DNA of 64,000 nucleotides from the NCBI GenBank assembly GCA_951406725.2, contig OX597816.1:95914001-95978000 (forward strand), written 5' to 3'. This DNA comes from Octopus vulgaris. Lineage: Eukaryota. Below, piece by piece: positions 27,330 to 40,149 of the stretch; position 1 is the first letter of the stretch, and every line of letters starts with the position of its first letter. The notes beneath the pieces are model-generated. The model saw only the letters and a list, made by a program, of their open reading frames with translations, did no database searches and was not told the origin of the DNA. Both the position numbers and the translations under genes were made by a program.

Positions 27330-30110
27330 ATTTAAGCATGCAGAGAGTTACTACAAACAACATGGCTAGACACATCATCAGCAACAACACAATCGAGGAA
27401 CAGAACGAAGACAACAGCTCAACAGGTAAACAAATTCTTTCTAGCTGTATTCATAGAAGAAACTGTAACTACAAAACTCATTTCTCTTGGAGTTATGAAT
27501 TGAATAATGATCTATTTAACTGCTACGTAAAAGCGAAACAAAACCTCACTGTTGGCTATATGAATCGATTGAAATCATATGGGGACGATCTGCATCCAGA
27601 ATTAAATCATTTTACTGCGAAGAAACTACGCCAATAAACAACATTTGTAGAGTATAGAAAGAAGGTTAGTAACTCTAACTTTATTAAAATATCGAAAATT
27701 AATCTTTTTTCCCAACTCTATAAACAAAAATGAAAATGTGAATGATATAAGACCACCACGTAGTTTCGCAGCTAGCGACATTCCAACAGATTCCATAGTG
27801 CCTGCCAGCCAAACTACGTTACTGGCTCAAGTAACTGACCACTGCCCCCTACTACCACTATGGATTATATTTCGGTGAAATGTGACCTTACTGAAATTTT
27901 ACGAAAAAAAATAACTTTGACTTTGAAGGACTCTCACCAGGAGAGGAAAGAGTATTCGCTACCAAAGTAAGTTAGAAAAAAAACACCAGACACAGTATTA
28001 AAAGCTGTTAACGAAATTGATGAGTACTTACAGCAGTGTAAACACTCATACATGCAGATTAACTCCTGAACTCACATACATGCAGATTAACGCCTGTCTA
28101 TATGCTCTGGCTACTACTGTCAAACAGGTTATGAATGATATTCAAAAAGTAAACAAAACCGAATTAACAAAGAAAGTAGCATCATGGGTTTTGAAAACTG
28201 AGAAAAAGATAACTAGTCATGTAATGGTGCTTATTGCATCCAAACAAGCAAATCACTATACGTCTCACCAACAGAAAGTAAAGAGGAAGATAGAAATGAT
28301 GTGTAGAGACAACAAAAAGAGAACACTCAGTTGTAAACTGATTACCCTCAAGCAGGAGCTAAAAGCTGTCAGTGAAGAACTCCGACATCAGAAGAGAATA
28401 AACGGGAGAACAATAAACACAAAAAAAAAAAAAATTAACCGCAACTAGTCAGAAGTATAGAGAGACATGGGGGGAGGAGCAGGAAACATCACGGAAGCTC
28501 CTTCACGAGAAGACATAGACTCCTTCTAGAGGAAAATCTGGAGTGAAGAGAAGGAATTTAAACAAGATGCTCTGTGGCTGGAAGAAATCGGAAGAAGTTA
28601 TTGCTCCTGCATTACATCCCAAGACATACAACATTAATGGTGAACCTCTTGCAACTGTGATCCAGAAACTCCAGGATGGAAAAACATCTGGAAGAGACTT
28701 GATTGTTGGATATTTGGACAAGAAGTTAACATTCTAACGACCATATCTTATCAATCTGTACCAGCAAGCTTTCATTGGGAACAGTAGCATCCACGTGGCA
28801 AAAAACTACCGGCCAATTGCAAGCCAGAACTTAATGTATAAGATGCATACAGCATGTTTAAACCTCTACTTCCAGGACAATTGAAACACCAATAACATTA
28901 TCACAGCAGAACAAGCAGCTGAGAAGAAGGGAGTTTGGGGATGTACCGAGCAATTGTTAATCAACAAAACCGTAATGTCAGAGGTGCGAGAGCATAGGTG
29001 GAACCTAGTTTCAATGTGGCTGGACTAAAAAAAGCTTTTGACTCTGTTCCCCATTCATGGGTGCTAGAAGCCGTTCAACTTGCTAAAGTTCCAGCGAGAA
29101 TAGTCTAAGTCTTAGCTGACCTGACTTGATCCTGGGTCACCATTTTGAAATTAAACACAAATTATCACCGTATTGGATACAGTATCGCCGATAGAATACA
29201 GCATCGCAAAGGCGTATTCCAAGGAGACAGCCTCTCTGTGATGTTGTTTATACTTTCTGTAAACCCCTTGTCATTCATGTTAAGGACGTCTGAAGGATAT
29301 CCTGGTTCGCAAGGAAGCTGAAATATCAAAATTACAGTGTTTCTTTGTGGACGACTTAAAACTTTATGCAAAGAATATGCATGCGACGGAAAAGAGCCTT
29401 GACCTAGTTACAGCAATCTCAAAGGATGCAGAGTTGGGGTTTTGGTAGGATAAATGGTGTTATATGGTTGTGAAAAGGAGGGAAACTATAAACCAGACTA
29501 GTAACATCTCCATCTGTGATTTGACTGTTTCCCCTATATTCGACGAGGAATGTTTCAGGTATCTAGCGTTGTATGAAAATATATCTTACAATGGCACCTG
29601 TAACAAAACACGTGTCACTAAAGAATATTACTGCCGAATAAAGAAAATTTGGACCTCAGAACTCTCTGCATTCAATAAAAGAGTGGCCCACAATGTGTTT
29701 GCAGTGCCAGTACTCACACCAGCATTGGGGCTGCTTGATTGGACGCTTGATGAGATCCGAGCCATTGATGTGAAAACTTGAAAAGTACTAACAAGCACAC
29801 ATAATTTCCACATAAACAGTGACGCAGGCCACCTGTACCTAAAACGAAAACAAGGCGGCAGAGGCTTAACATCGATCCAAAATGCCTTTGAATGTCGCAT
29901 CTTATCCTTTCGGCAACATCTTTAACCACCAAGTTTCGAAGTTCATCCCTTGACCAAGTTTGCATACATGAGGCTTCTAACATCATAAGACTTGGAAGGC
30001 AGCTCTTTGAGCAACACTCTTTGTCTGATAACCTAGAATACAATTTTAACACGAAATAACTTCGAAAATAGAAACTTTTCTCCACTACGCTAAGAGTAAA
30101 AGGTGTTCTA
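27330..30110 (+). mobile_element. R4/Dong-clade LINE, decayed, 3' end missing
   Basis: KNYRPIASQNLMYK, KAFDSVPHSW, GVFQGDSLSV, FFVDDLKLYA, LYLKRKQGGRGL. Confidence 0.82.
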
Positions 30111-30299
30111 TAAGACACATTCTACCAGAATACGAAGTTTCAAAATGTTTAGTTAAAAAAAAATCAATTAATCGAGCTGACCATGAAAAGGAAAAGATCC
30201 TAATTCTATAGCTGGCTGACATAATTGTGAAGTAATTCACCGATAGTTTTGCTTTCAAGTTGACCTACTATATAGTCCAAACATGTAATGGTTCGAATT

Positions 30300-30442
30300 A
30301 TGTCCCCACCTTTCAAAATTCCACTGTATTTCACATAGAATTTTTGGCCCTCCACAGTCTTCTTGGTGTATAAATCGACCTACCTTTTAGGACTGTAAAT
30401 TATGGTTTGAAAAATTCGATTTGTATGCCAGAAAATACAGTA
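30300..30442. mobile_element. pogo/Tigger-like DNA transposon end
   Basis: Terminus TCGATTTGTATGCCAGAAAATACAG-TA resembles pogo-type TIRs. Confidence 0.35.
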
Positions 30443-30870
30443 ATCAAATCGCTTTCAAAAATAAGAGTAATAATACACATGAATACAAAAATCTCACCTC
30501 TCCAAATACATATGTTTAGTGTGCCTTGGATGAAAGAGAAGCACATAGGATATCAAGGCGGTCATGCCTTTTAGAAACAGTATTGCTTGATTCCGCTTCA
30601 CTTGGCAGAGGAATAAAACCGGGTCATATTTTCTGCTGTCAACGCTTATAACCTGATAAACCTCGCACGCTATATTTCCTGTATAATATCAGTATGCAAT
30701 CAAATAATGCTAAACGAATGTATTTGATTAATATCTGAATATATTACCATATTTCCCACTAGCAGCTAATGACAAGTAATCACAAATTAATGTAGCTTTT
30801 CATATCAAGCGTTATCGAAAGTTCCTTATCAAACAATTCGTTAGCATCTACTCGAATTCTTGAATCCAGA

Positions 30871-30873
30871 CTA

Positions 30874-30960
<87 letters not shown>

Positions 30961-30981
30961 ATATCTGTCTGTCTGTTTGAC

Positions 30982-31016
<35 letters not shown>

Positions 31017-31045
31017 ATGTATGTATGTATGTATGTATGTATGTG
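30871..31045. repeat. (CTAT)n/(CTGT)n/(TATG)n
   Basis: Visible. Confidence 0.95.
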
Positions 31046-31278
31046 CGTGAGTATGCGCGTGCGCGTGAGTGTACAATGCATATACATATAAGGATATTCA
31101 TTTCGTGGATATTTTTGTACTAAATTGCTTTCATATCTGAATTATGAAGAGTTTTTCCAAGAAATGATTGCTGATCAGAAAGAATAGTAGGTGGCACCAC
31201 TGTTTCTTTCTTACATCTTATTCATCGTTTAAACGTCGTGTCTTAGCTCTTTTGGGACAGAAGTTAGTGTGTATATAT

Positions 31279-33771
31279 ACGGGGTCCAGGTTTCGGATGC
31301 GTAAAAGAGGGTTGGAATAATGACTGCCCTGTACACCATGAGTTTGGTTTCGGTTCGGATGTCCCGATCAGCAAAAACTCTTGTTCGACGCTTGCCAAAA
31401 GCTGTTCCTGCACACTTCAGACGGTGTTGGATTTCATCGCTGAGGTCTACCTTTGCAGACAGATGGCTCCCAGGGTAGCAGAAATGGTTCATATTTTCCA
31501 GTGGAATTCCTTCGAGTTGAATCGATGGCGGGTTGTCAACACGGGCATTGGGAGGAGGTTGGTAGAGTAAGTGAGTCTTCTTGATGTTGATGCTCAGTCC
31601 AAGTTTAGTATATGCATGATGGAAAGCATTTAGGATCTGTTGGAGGTGATCCTCTCTATAAGCTGCTACATTTGTCGTCGGCATATTGGAACTCTAGCAA
31701 GCTTCGCGCCATTGTCTTTGACGTACTTTTGAGGCGAGCGATGTTGAAAAGCTTGCCGTCCATTCTGTACGAGATCTCGATTCCACGTGGAAGGTCATCT
31801 CGTATGATGTGCAACACTGTCGCGATAAAGATGGTAAAGAGAGTTGGCGCTATCACGCAGCCTTGCTTCACTCCGTAGGTGACTTTAAAGGGCTCAGAAC
31901 TGCCTCCGTCGGTCTGAACTCTGGCGTGCATATTGTCGTGGAGGAGTTTGAGGATCCGGATGAACTTATCTGGGCATCCATACTGGGCGAGTATATCCCA
32001 GAGGAGCTCTCGCGAGACACGATCAAAGGCTTTGGATAGGTCGATAAAGGCCAAATAGAGCGGTTGTGTTGCTCACGACATTTTTCTTGTAGCTGTCGCA
32101 GCGTGAAGATCATGTCGGTTGTGCTTCGTGATGGCCTAAAGCCGGTCTGCGTCTCAGGAAGGATCCTCTCTGACAGCATTTTGAGGCGGTTGTTCAGGAT
32201 GCGCGCAAGAATCTTCCCAGCAGTTGCTAATAAGGAAATACCCCGGTAATTTCCACACTCAGAACGATCGCCTTTTCGTTTGTAAATGGTAATGATGTTA
32301 GCATCCCTGAAGTCGGATGGTACAACTTCATTTGTCCAGATTTTGACCAAGAGTTGGTGGAGCTGGTGTTGGACAAAATCACCTCCCAGTTTGTAGATCT
32401 CAGCTGGGATTCCGTCAGGACCCGCGGCTTTGTTGTTCTTCATCGCTGTGATAGCAATTTTGACCTCTTCGAGGGATGGAATTCGAGCGAGAGAGTAATC
32501 TTTGGCCTCTTTAGGAATCATGTCAAGTATGCTTTTGTCGATGGTAGCCTTGTGATTGAGGAGGTCATCGAAGTGTTCTCTCCATCTGTCTCCTATTTTG
32601 GTGTTGCTTTTCAGGATGGTCACTCCGTCTTTACTCTTCAGAGGAGCCTGTCCATGTGTGGAAGGTCCGTATATTTCTTTCGTGGCTTTGAAGAACCCTC
32701 TGGTGTCGTTTACATCTGCTAGCTGCTGGATTTCACGAGATTTGTGTCTCCACCACTGGTTCTTCAGGGTACGGGTTGTCCTTTGAACTGCGGCTTTGCA
32801 CTTTTTGAAAGACTCTCGTTTAGTGGCAGACTTTGGATCATTCTGTGAGCTGATGAAAGCTTTCCGTTTTTTGGTCGATCAGTTCTTTGAGAGCTTCATC
32901 ATTGTCGTCGAACCAAGTCCTGGTGTTTCCTTTTCTTGCGACCGATGGTTTCTTCGCAAGCGGTGATGATGGTTTCTTTCAGCTGGTTCCAATTTTCTTC
33001 GACGAGATGATTTGGAGTCTATTTTGAAGATTGACCTGTAGGCGCTGCTGGAAAGCGACACGAGTTTTTGGGTCTTGCAGTGCTTCGATGTTGAATTTCT
33101 TTACTCTGCTTTCCTTGCTGTGATATTTCACCTTTGGTCGGAGTTTGATTTTCATGGTGGAGGCGATGAGGCGATGATCTGTCCAGCACTCATCTGCTCC
33201 AGTGGCGGCTCTGGTGAGCAACACATCTTGCTGGTCTCGGGATCTCACGATGATATAGTCGATGAAATGCCATTTTTTAGATCTTGGATGCTGCCATGAG
33301 ACCTTATATCGATTCTTCTGGCGAAAAAGGGTGTTGGTTATCACCAGGTTATGTTCAGCACATTTGGTGAGTAGCAGAGTTCCATTGGCATTGACTTTTC
33401 CCACTCCTTCCTTTCCGATGGTTCTGTCCAGAGTTCACGATCTCTCCCAACTCTGGCGTTGAAATCTCCCAGGAGAATGATCTTGTCGTCCTTTGGGACG
33501 GTAGAGAGAATGCTATCAAGCTGGCTGTAAAACTCTTCCTTGACTAAATCCTCCGCGTCAAGGGTGGGAGCATACGCGCTGATGATAGTTGCGTGCTGAC
33601 TCTTGACAAGCTGGATTCGGAGGGTCATGAGTCGTGCGGCATTCCGATGAGCTGCTCTGTCAGTTTGGATAGGATGATGTTTCGTATTGCAAAACCCACA
33701 CCATGGATCCGTTGATGGTCTGGATTGTAACCTTTCCAGAAAAAGGTGTATTGACCGCCTTATTCTCTCAG
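31279..33771 (-). mobile_element. RTE-BovB LINE, inverted 5' segment (APE endonuclease and RT, frameshifted)
   Basis: ISAYAPTL, LLGDFNARVG, WTDHRL, NYRGISLL, AFIDLSKAFDRV, GVKQGCVIAPTLF, QYADD, YASETWTPY. Confidence 0.95.
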
Positions 33772-34363
33772 CCGTATAGTCACCACCTGAAAACGCTCGA
33801 GAAATTTCACCAACGCTGTCTTCGGAAGATCCTTAACATCAGCTGGGAAGACAGAAGAACTAACGTCAGCGTGCTATAAGAAGCAAAAATGACCGGCATC
33901 GAAGCCTATGCCATCAAAGGCCAACTAAGATGGAGCGGCCACGTGGTTAGAATGACTGACGAACGACTTCCCAAACAGATCTTCTACTCCCAACTCAAAG
34001 ACGGCAAGCGTACAAAAGGAGGCCAGAAGAAACGCTACAAGGACTCCCTGAAAACGAACCTCAAAAAGTGTGACATCGACTTCACTAACTGGGAGGAAAC
34101 GGCAAAAACAGACCACTCTGGAAAACCACCATCCATGAGGGAACGGCGACTTTCGAGTCGAAAAGGTCTGCAGAGCTGGAGGAGAAAAGACGACGACGGA
34201 AGGAGCGCCAACAACAACCACGTGCGACTCTCCCTTCCGGCACTAGATGTCCGCACTGCGACCGATCTTTTCAAGCAAGAATTGGTCTTATCGGTCACCT
34301 GCGGACTCACCAGTAAATTTGCGCGAAGACCATCATCCTCGACCTTGAGGGATTGCCATCATC
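33772..34363 (+). mobile_element. RTE-BovB LINE, forward 3' segment
   Basis: Continues PYSHHLKTLEKFHQRCLR...QLRWSGHVVRMTDERLPKQIFY; C-terminal CPHC..H zinc finger; (CAT)n tail; TSD AGTGTGTATATAT at 31266-31278 and 34364-34376. Confidence 0.95.
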
Positions 34364-34441
34364 AGTGTGTATATATTTTTACATGCATAAATGCATAATA
34401 CATATGTGTGAGTATATATATGTATGTATGTATGTATGTAT

Positions 34442-34560
34442 ACTCTTTTACTTGTTTTACTCATTTGACTGTAGCCATGCTGGAGCACCGCCTTTAGCCG
34501 AGCAAATCGACCCCAGGACTTATTCCTTGTAAGCCTAGTACTTATTCTATCGGTCTCTAA
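34442..34560 (-). mobile_element. SINE family A 3' fragment
   Basis: CATTTGACTGTAGCCATGCTGGAGCACCGCC tail. Confidence 0.8.
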
Positions 34561-34679
34561 GCGAAAACATTCGAAGACTTTCAATGAGTCATCGGTCCAT
34601 AGTTGAATCTTCCGTCTCCATGTAATATATTCTCCGCAGTAAACGGCACATCCCAAGAAAAATGAAATATTGGTTTCAA

Positions 34680-34855
34680 ATTTTGTCATAGGACCAGCAA
34701 TTTCAGAAGAGTGGGCGAAGTCGCTTACATCGAACCCAGTGATCCACTGGTGCATTTTTATTTATCTCCAAATGTTGAAAGGCGAACTCGACCTCTGCGG
34801 AGTTTGAACTCAGAACGTAAAGATGGACGAAATGCTGCTAAGCCTATTTCGTCAT
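34680..34855 (-). mobile_element. decayed SINE related to family C
   Basis: TTTGAACTCAGAACGTAAAG..GACGAAATGCTGCTAAG similar to the family C head, reverse complement. Confidence 0.55.
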
Positions 34856-35087
34856 CTTGGTTTGCCAGAGGAAATATTCCCAAACTGTAACACTCGCATA
34901 GTTTTATATAAGAATATTGGTAACAGAGATCACTAGTAAGAGCCAAACACGTAGTGGGGAGAGCTGAAATAAAGAGAAAATGGCTCAACAATTACGTGGT
35001 TTACTTCACATAATCAAATCCTCTCAAACAGAGAAACAAGAAACTTTATAACAGACACGGCATTTCTACATATTCGGATACTTGTTC

Positions 35088-35422
35088 ATGGCTAGGTTAT
35101 GTGGTTAGAAGCCCGCTTTGCAACATGTAGTCTCTGTTGTTACTGTGCGTCAAATTGTGTAAGAGTCTTCTGCTATAGCTCCGGAACACCTGATTCCTTG
35201 TGAGTGGATTTGGTTGACAGAAACTGTGTGGAAGCCCATCGTATATGTGTTTTGGTCTATTTACGTTCCGTAACGTAGCAGTTCGGCAAAATAGAGCGAT
35301 AGAATAAATACACGTCTTTAAAAAGTAAGTATTGGGGTCGATCTGTTTGATTAAAGCCCTTCAAGGTCGTGTCCCAGCGTGGTCGCAGTCCAAGGATAAC
35401 TAAAACAAGTAAACGATAAAAG
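35088..35422 (+). mobile_element. SINE family A, diverged
   Basis: GTGAGTGGATTTGGTTGACAGAAACTG body and GTCCCAGCGTGGTCGCAGTC tail. Confidence 0.75.
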
Positions 35423-37306
35423 ATATACTGAGGTATGTAACGTGATGTCATTGTTAATAGCTAAGATATTTCTGTATGGTGATGAGAAAATACTTTGAAA
35501 ACAGAGAGTCAATTATAAGTATAATGTCTGTCCTTGTTTGTCCGGTATTTTAATAACATCAATCCAATCCAGTTAAAGTATATAGTTGAAATAAAGTCCC
35601 GAAAAGTGAATCGAGGTGAGTATCGTAAGACGATATTAACATGTCGTAGAAGGGTCCTTTTCTTTTACAATAAATATATTTGTTTGAATCATAAAAATTG
35701 TCTTCCCACTGCACCTAAATTTTTTCTCTATCGTGGCTAATCGAACTGTTTTTTGCCAACTGTGTATTCGAAATCTAATATTTTAATATAATTGAAGCGA
35801 TCGATAATTTTGATGACATAAATCCGTTAATAAACAAATAGATGAAATGAAATAAGATAAACATTTGCTAGATATGATGTCAGAATCAAGAAAGCAGGTG
35901 CCAAGTTAATAACTCTTACTGTTAGTGCATCTCACTTCCATGCAAGAAAGTAATGTTTGATTACAGACTCTTGGTAGAGAATTTAGTGTACTCGGTATCA
36001 GGCCTTGTTAGTTAAAGATAAATTCAATGGCAAAGAGTAAGCTAAACAGCTTTAACGTGTATTAATCAGGAAATCAGACAGACTTATCCAAAATTAAGCT
36101 TACTTTATCACATTTTTCCTGTCAACTCGGCAATTCTCATTAGAAAAACAAAAACAAAAATAAAAGGTATCATTGATATAAATAAAGTCTTTGATCCTAA
36201 CGAAGTCCTCAAAATCTTTTCAACCTCGTATTTAGGAAATAACATCTATGTTTCCTCATTTTATTCATTTTCCTTTTTTCTCTTTCTTTTTTTGTTTTCG
36301 TTTTTTCTTCGTTTATAACAGCAATGATATTGACGAAGGTAAATATCGACAATGGGTTCAACAAAAAGATGTTGCTTTAACAAATGACTGGATGCGATGA
36401 AGTAAATGGCTACTTCACACAGTGGCATAATCTTTGCTAAAGTTAGGTTGAAACGATGCAAATTTACTAAATGAAAAACTAGTAAATCCATAATGAATCA
36501 GTTGGCTAACAAAGCTAGTTAAGATTTCCCAATAACAATAACAATAATACACTCGTGTATACAGATACATACATACATAAATATATATATTCTCTCTCTC
36601 TCATCCCGACGTGAACATCACTGTAACCATTATTGAATAACATCAAAGAAATACAGCAAACACTCGCAGAACCGCAACTAAGTCGAGACTATGAACCGGT
36701 TTCAATTCATTTTATTTACATCGATAATGACCTCTGGAAAGTATATATACTGAAGAACACAATATACTATTTGCAAAAAACTATATATACAATTTGTGCC
36801 TAATCAAAGCAAATCAATAATAATGTTCTGCTCTACACTAGCGCGAAGTCACAAGTTTGTACATTAACTGAATTGTAAGTGACTGGTATTTATTTTGAAA
36901 ATAATGGACTATAGAAGACGTCTTTATCTGATGAGAATATATTTTTAGGTTGAAAATTGATAAGAGAATAAGAACAATAGCAATAACAACAACCAAACAT
37001 ATAATCTATGTCACAAAATAAGCATTAAAATGGAAGTGTCACAGTTTGAAGAATGTAAAACATGACAATGCAAGAGGAAAAAAACAAGAATGAACTAAGT
37101 GAAATAGCTTGACGGGGAATTGAAACTTCTTCAGAACAATTGATTCATTGAAGCAATGATAGGAAGTCAGTGTACAGAATTAAACATTATAAACCTATAA
37201 CATTAAATCTAGAACACAGAAGTACAAAGTGGATTCGATTTCTATTTGCCGCTAATTTATTTCTTTAATGTTAATAAAGAAACCCATTTCCTAGTAGAGA
37301 AGAGCT

Positions 37307-37745
37307 GGATTTTCTCGGTTTGAACGGCGGTTTTTAACATAATATCTAGGTAACTAAAAAATTTTAAACTTCGTATACTAGTAGAATGTGTTTATAAAAC
37401 ATGTTTTTCTCTTGGCTTTATTGAGAAAATTCTATAGTTTGTAAGATATTTGTTGTTTTTTTCTCTTCAATTTCTGCAATTTCAACCAATCAGTGACGTC
37501 TATTGAGTTAAAAAGCATTTTGTGCCGTATGAAAATGTCCCTCGTTTAAGAAACAGATTGGGTTTATTTACATTTGTGAAGAAAAAAAGATACCCTTCCC
37601 CCACCCTTAACGCTAACCCTAACCCTAACCAACCCTAACCCTAAAAGAGATTGAAATGCAATAGATCGATTCTAGGGTCATAATTATGGGTGCCAATTTC
37701 ATATGACACCGCTAGAAAAAACTGCCGTTCAAACTGAAAAGATCC
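37307..37745. mobile_element. MITE with ~28-bp TIRs, 8-bp TSD and internal (AACCCT)n; MULE- or Merlin-like
   Basis: TIRs GGATTTTCTCGGTTTGAACGGCGGTTTTT / AAAAACTGCCGTTCAAACTGAAAAGATCC; exact TSD GAAGAGCT at 37299-37306 and 37746-37753. Confidence 0.85.
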
Positions 37746-37895
37746 GAAGAGCTTAGTAACTTTGTTAGCATGAAGCCGATTAAATGGACCTGAGTTTATT
37801 ACTGATAGTTATTCTTTATTAGTAATAACCGTACAAATAACACAATTCTTTTGTTAACTGTCAGATGGTTGGAAGTTTATAGATATCCTATACAC

Positions 37896-37933
<38 letters not shown>

Positions 37934-38134
37934 AAGAGAGAGAGAGAGAGAGAGAGGGAGGAGAGAGAGAGTGAGAGAGAGAGGTGCGTTTATGTGGATT
38001 AGCAAATTAGATATATTAAATATAATAGTTTGGGTATGAAATACAAAATGTGTATATATACATGCAAAACGAGAGAAAGCGGTGACTTTCAGACGATGAA
38101 TATTTAAGTACAAATATACAGACATATATATATA

Positions 38135-38269
38135 GTCCGCATGAGATCCAGAAATTCTCAGCATAGAAGACAGTTGTACTAAAATAATTCAAACTTAGAC
38201 ACTTTACAGGGGATCAATTCTATGGTGTAAAGAATGGCTATAAAGGGGATCAGGTTAAGCAGACGGAGG
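38135..38269. repeat. left arm of a perfect 135-bp inverted repeat (partner 39962-40096)
   Basis: Base-by-base reverse complement identity. Confidence 0.95.
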
Positions 38270-39738
38270 TAGCAGAGCGGAAGCCAAGAACTATAGACCT
38301 ATCTCTCTGACCTCACACATCAGCAAGGTCATGGAACGAATAGTCAGAAGGAAGCTGATCACCTTCCTTGAAGAGAATGACTTGCTGCCCGACACCCAAC
38401 ATGGTTTCCGACCAGGAGAAGCTGTTTAACTCAGCTCCTACAACACTATGACTGGGTGCTGAAACGGCTGCTCAACCACTCAAATGTGGAAGTGATATAT
38501 CTCGACTTTGCAAAGGCCTTTGATAAAGTCGATCATGGAATGATATGTCACAAACTGCGTGATCTCAACATAGTTGGAAAACTGGGAGAATGGCTTCATG
38601 ACTTTCTGAAGGATAGAAGTCAGGTGGTAGTAGCCAATGGGGCCACCTCCATTAACACACAAATAGTGAGCGGTGTTCCGCAGGGCACTGTTCTGGGACC
38701 ACTACTGTTCATAATGGCCCTCTCAGACATGCCCTCAGCCACGCAGAGAGCCACGATCACAAGTTATGCAGATGATACAAAAGTTTCACAGGCAATACAG
38801 AACCCTGAGGACACTAAACAACTGCAATGTGAGCTGGACGAAATATACAAGTGGGCTGAAAAGAATAGCATGCAGTTCAATGCTGGAAAGTTTCAAGCTT
38901 TATACTATCAGCATGCAAAACTGAATGCAATACCCAATGAATACACTGGACCCGGAGGGATTGCAATCCCAGAGGCACAATCAGTGCGTGACCTGGGTAT
39001 TCACATGAGTGATGACGCGACCTTTCATGTACATGTTGCTAAACTGACAATGAAATGTAGACGGCTGGCTGGATGGATTCTTAGAACCTTTAGAACAAGA
39101 GAACAAGAAACCATGATGGTCCTCTGGAAGACACTTGTCCTAATCCACTTTGACTATTGCTCTCAGCTATGGTCACCATCCAGTGTCAAGTTGATCACAG
39201 AACTTGAGGCGATCCAACGAAGCTACACAAAGAAGATAGCCTCTATGCAGAATGTAAGCTACTGGGAAAGACTCAAGAGATTAAAATTATATTCCCTGGA
39301 GCGTAGGCGGGAAAGATATGCCATAATATACATCTGGAAGATCCTGGAGGGAAGTGTCCTGAACTTTGGCATCGAGAGTTACGCAAATGCCAGAACTGGG
39401 CGCCACTGCGTGGTGCCTAGGACTCCAAACCTGCCATCAAGATGTAGGACAAGATTCTGTGATAGCCTGGGCTTCCGAGGCCCACAGCTCTTCAATATCC
39501 TCCCGAAGAACCTGAGAGACCTGCATGGGGTGGATACAGATGTCTTTAAAATGAAGCTGGATCTCTTCCTGTCAGGTGTCCCAGATGAACCAACTTCACG
39601 GCAGGAGGGGCAGATGAGGGCAGCTGCATCGAACTCTCTCATGCACCAAATAGCTAGAAAGCCTCCATGAAGTGAAACCAAGTAGCAACACCAAATGGCG
39701 GTGCCCCAGCATGGCCACAGCTCATAAGCTGAAACTAG

Positions 39739-39766
<28 letters not shown>
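38265..39766 (+). mobile_element. CR1-group LINE, 5'-truncated
   Basis: KNYRPISLTSH, RT ORF, 3' stem-loop tail and (TCAA)n. Confidence 0.92.
38456..39670 (+). CDS. LINE reverse transcriptase domain and C-terminus (404 aa open frame)
   Basis: [44 protein letters not shown]. Confidence 0.9.
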   Translation: MLKRLLNHSNVEVIYLDFAKAFDKVDHGMICHKLRDLNIVGKLGEWLHDFLKDRSQVVVANGATSINTQIVSGVPQGTVLGPLLFIMALSDMPSATQRATITSYADDTKVSQAIQNPEDTKQLQCELDEIYKWAEKNSMQFNAGKFQALYYQHAKLNAIPNEYTGPGGIAIPEAQSVRDLGIHMSDDATFHVHVAKLTMKCRRLAGWILRTFRTREQETMMVLWKTLVLIHFDYCSQLWSPSSVKLITELEAIQRSYTKKIASMQNVSYWERLKRLKLYSLERRRERYAIIYIWKILEGSVLNFGIESYANARTGRHCVVPRTPNLPSRCRTRFCDSLGFRGPQLFNILPKNLRDLHGVDTDVFKMKLDLFLSGVPDEPTSRQEGQMRAAASNSLMHQIARKPP

Positions 39767-39770
<4 letters not shown>

Positions 39771-39961
39771 TACAGACATTTTTGTTAATAGATCCAACTA
39801 ACACAGAATACAAATGACAAAGAAAATTAAAGGGAAGGAAGAAAGGTGTTATAAGTCCAACAGTTGTTTCTGTGGGCTTGGAGATCCACCATAATGTTGC
39901 TAGATGTTGATCATCACAATATGCGGCCGTAATGGAAACAATCAACATTGGATAAGTTGAG

Positions 39962-40093
39962 CCTCCGTCTGCTTAACCTGATCCCCTTTATAGCCATTCT
40001 TTACACCATAGAATTGATCCCCTGTAAAGTGTCTAAGTTTGAATTATTTTAGTACAACTGTCTTCTATGCTGAGAATTTCTGGATCTCATGCG

Positions 40094-40096
<3 letters not shown>
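39962..40096. repeat. right arm of the 135-bp inverted repeat (original flanking DNA)
   Basis: Exact reverse complement of 38135-38269. Confidence 0.95.
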
Positions 40097-40138
<42 letters not shown>

Positions 40139-40149
40139 CAGGAAGAATG

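Noticed and set aside
37605-37643. Telomere or chromosome-fusion scar
   Set aside because: Short, imperfect and located inside a TIR/TSD-bounded MITE.
38135-40096. Novel TIR DNA transposon encoding a reverse transcriptase
   Set aside because: A 13-bp TSD brackets the left arm plus LINE only, so the right arm is better explained as pre-existing flank. Kept as a template-jump finding instead.
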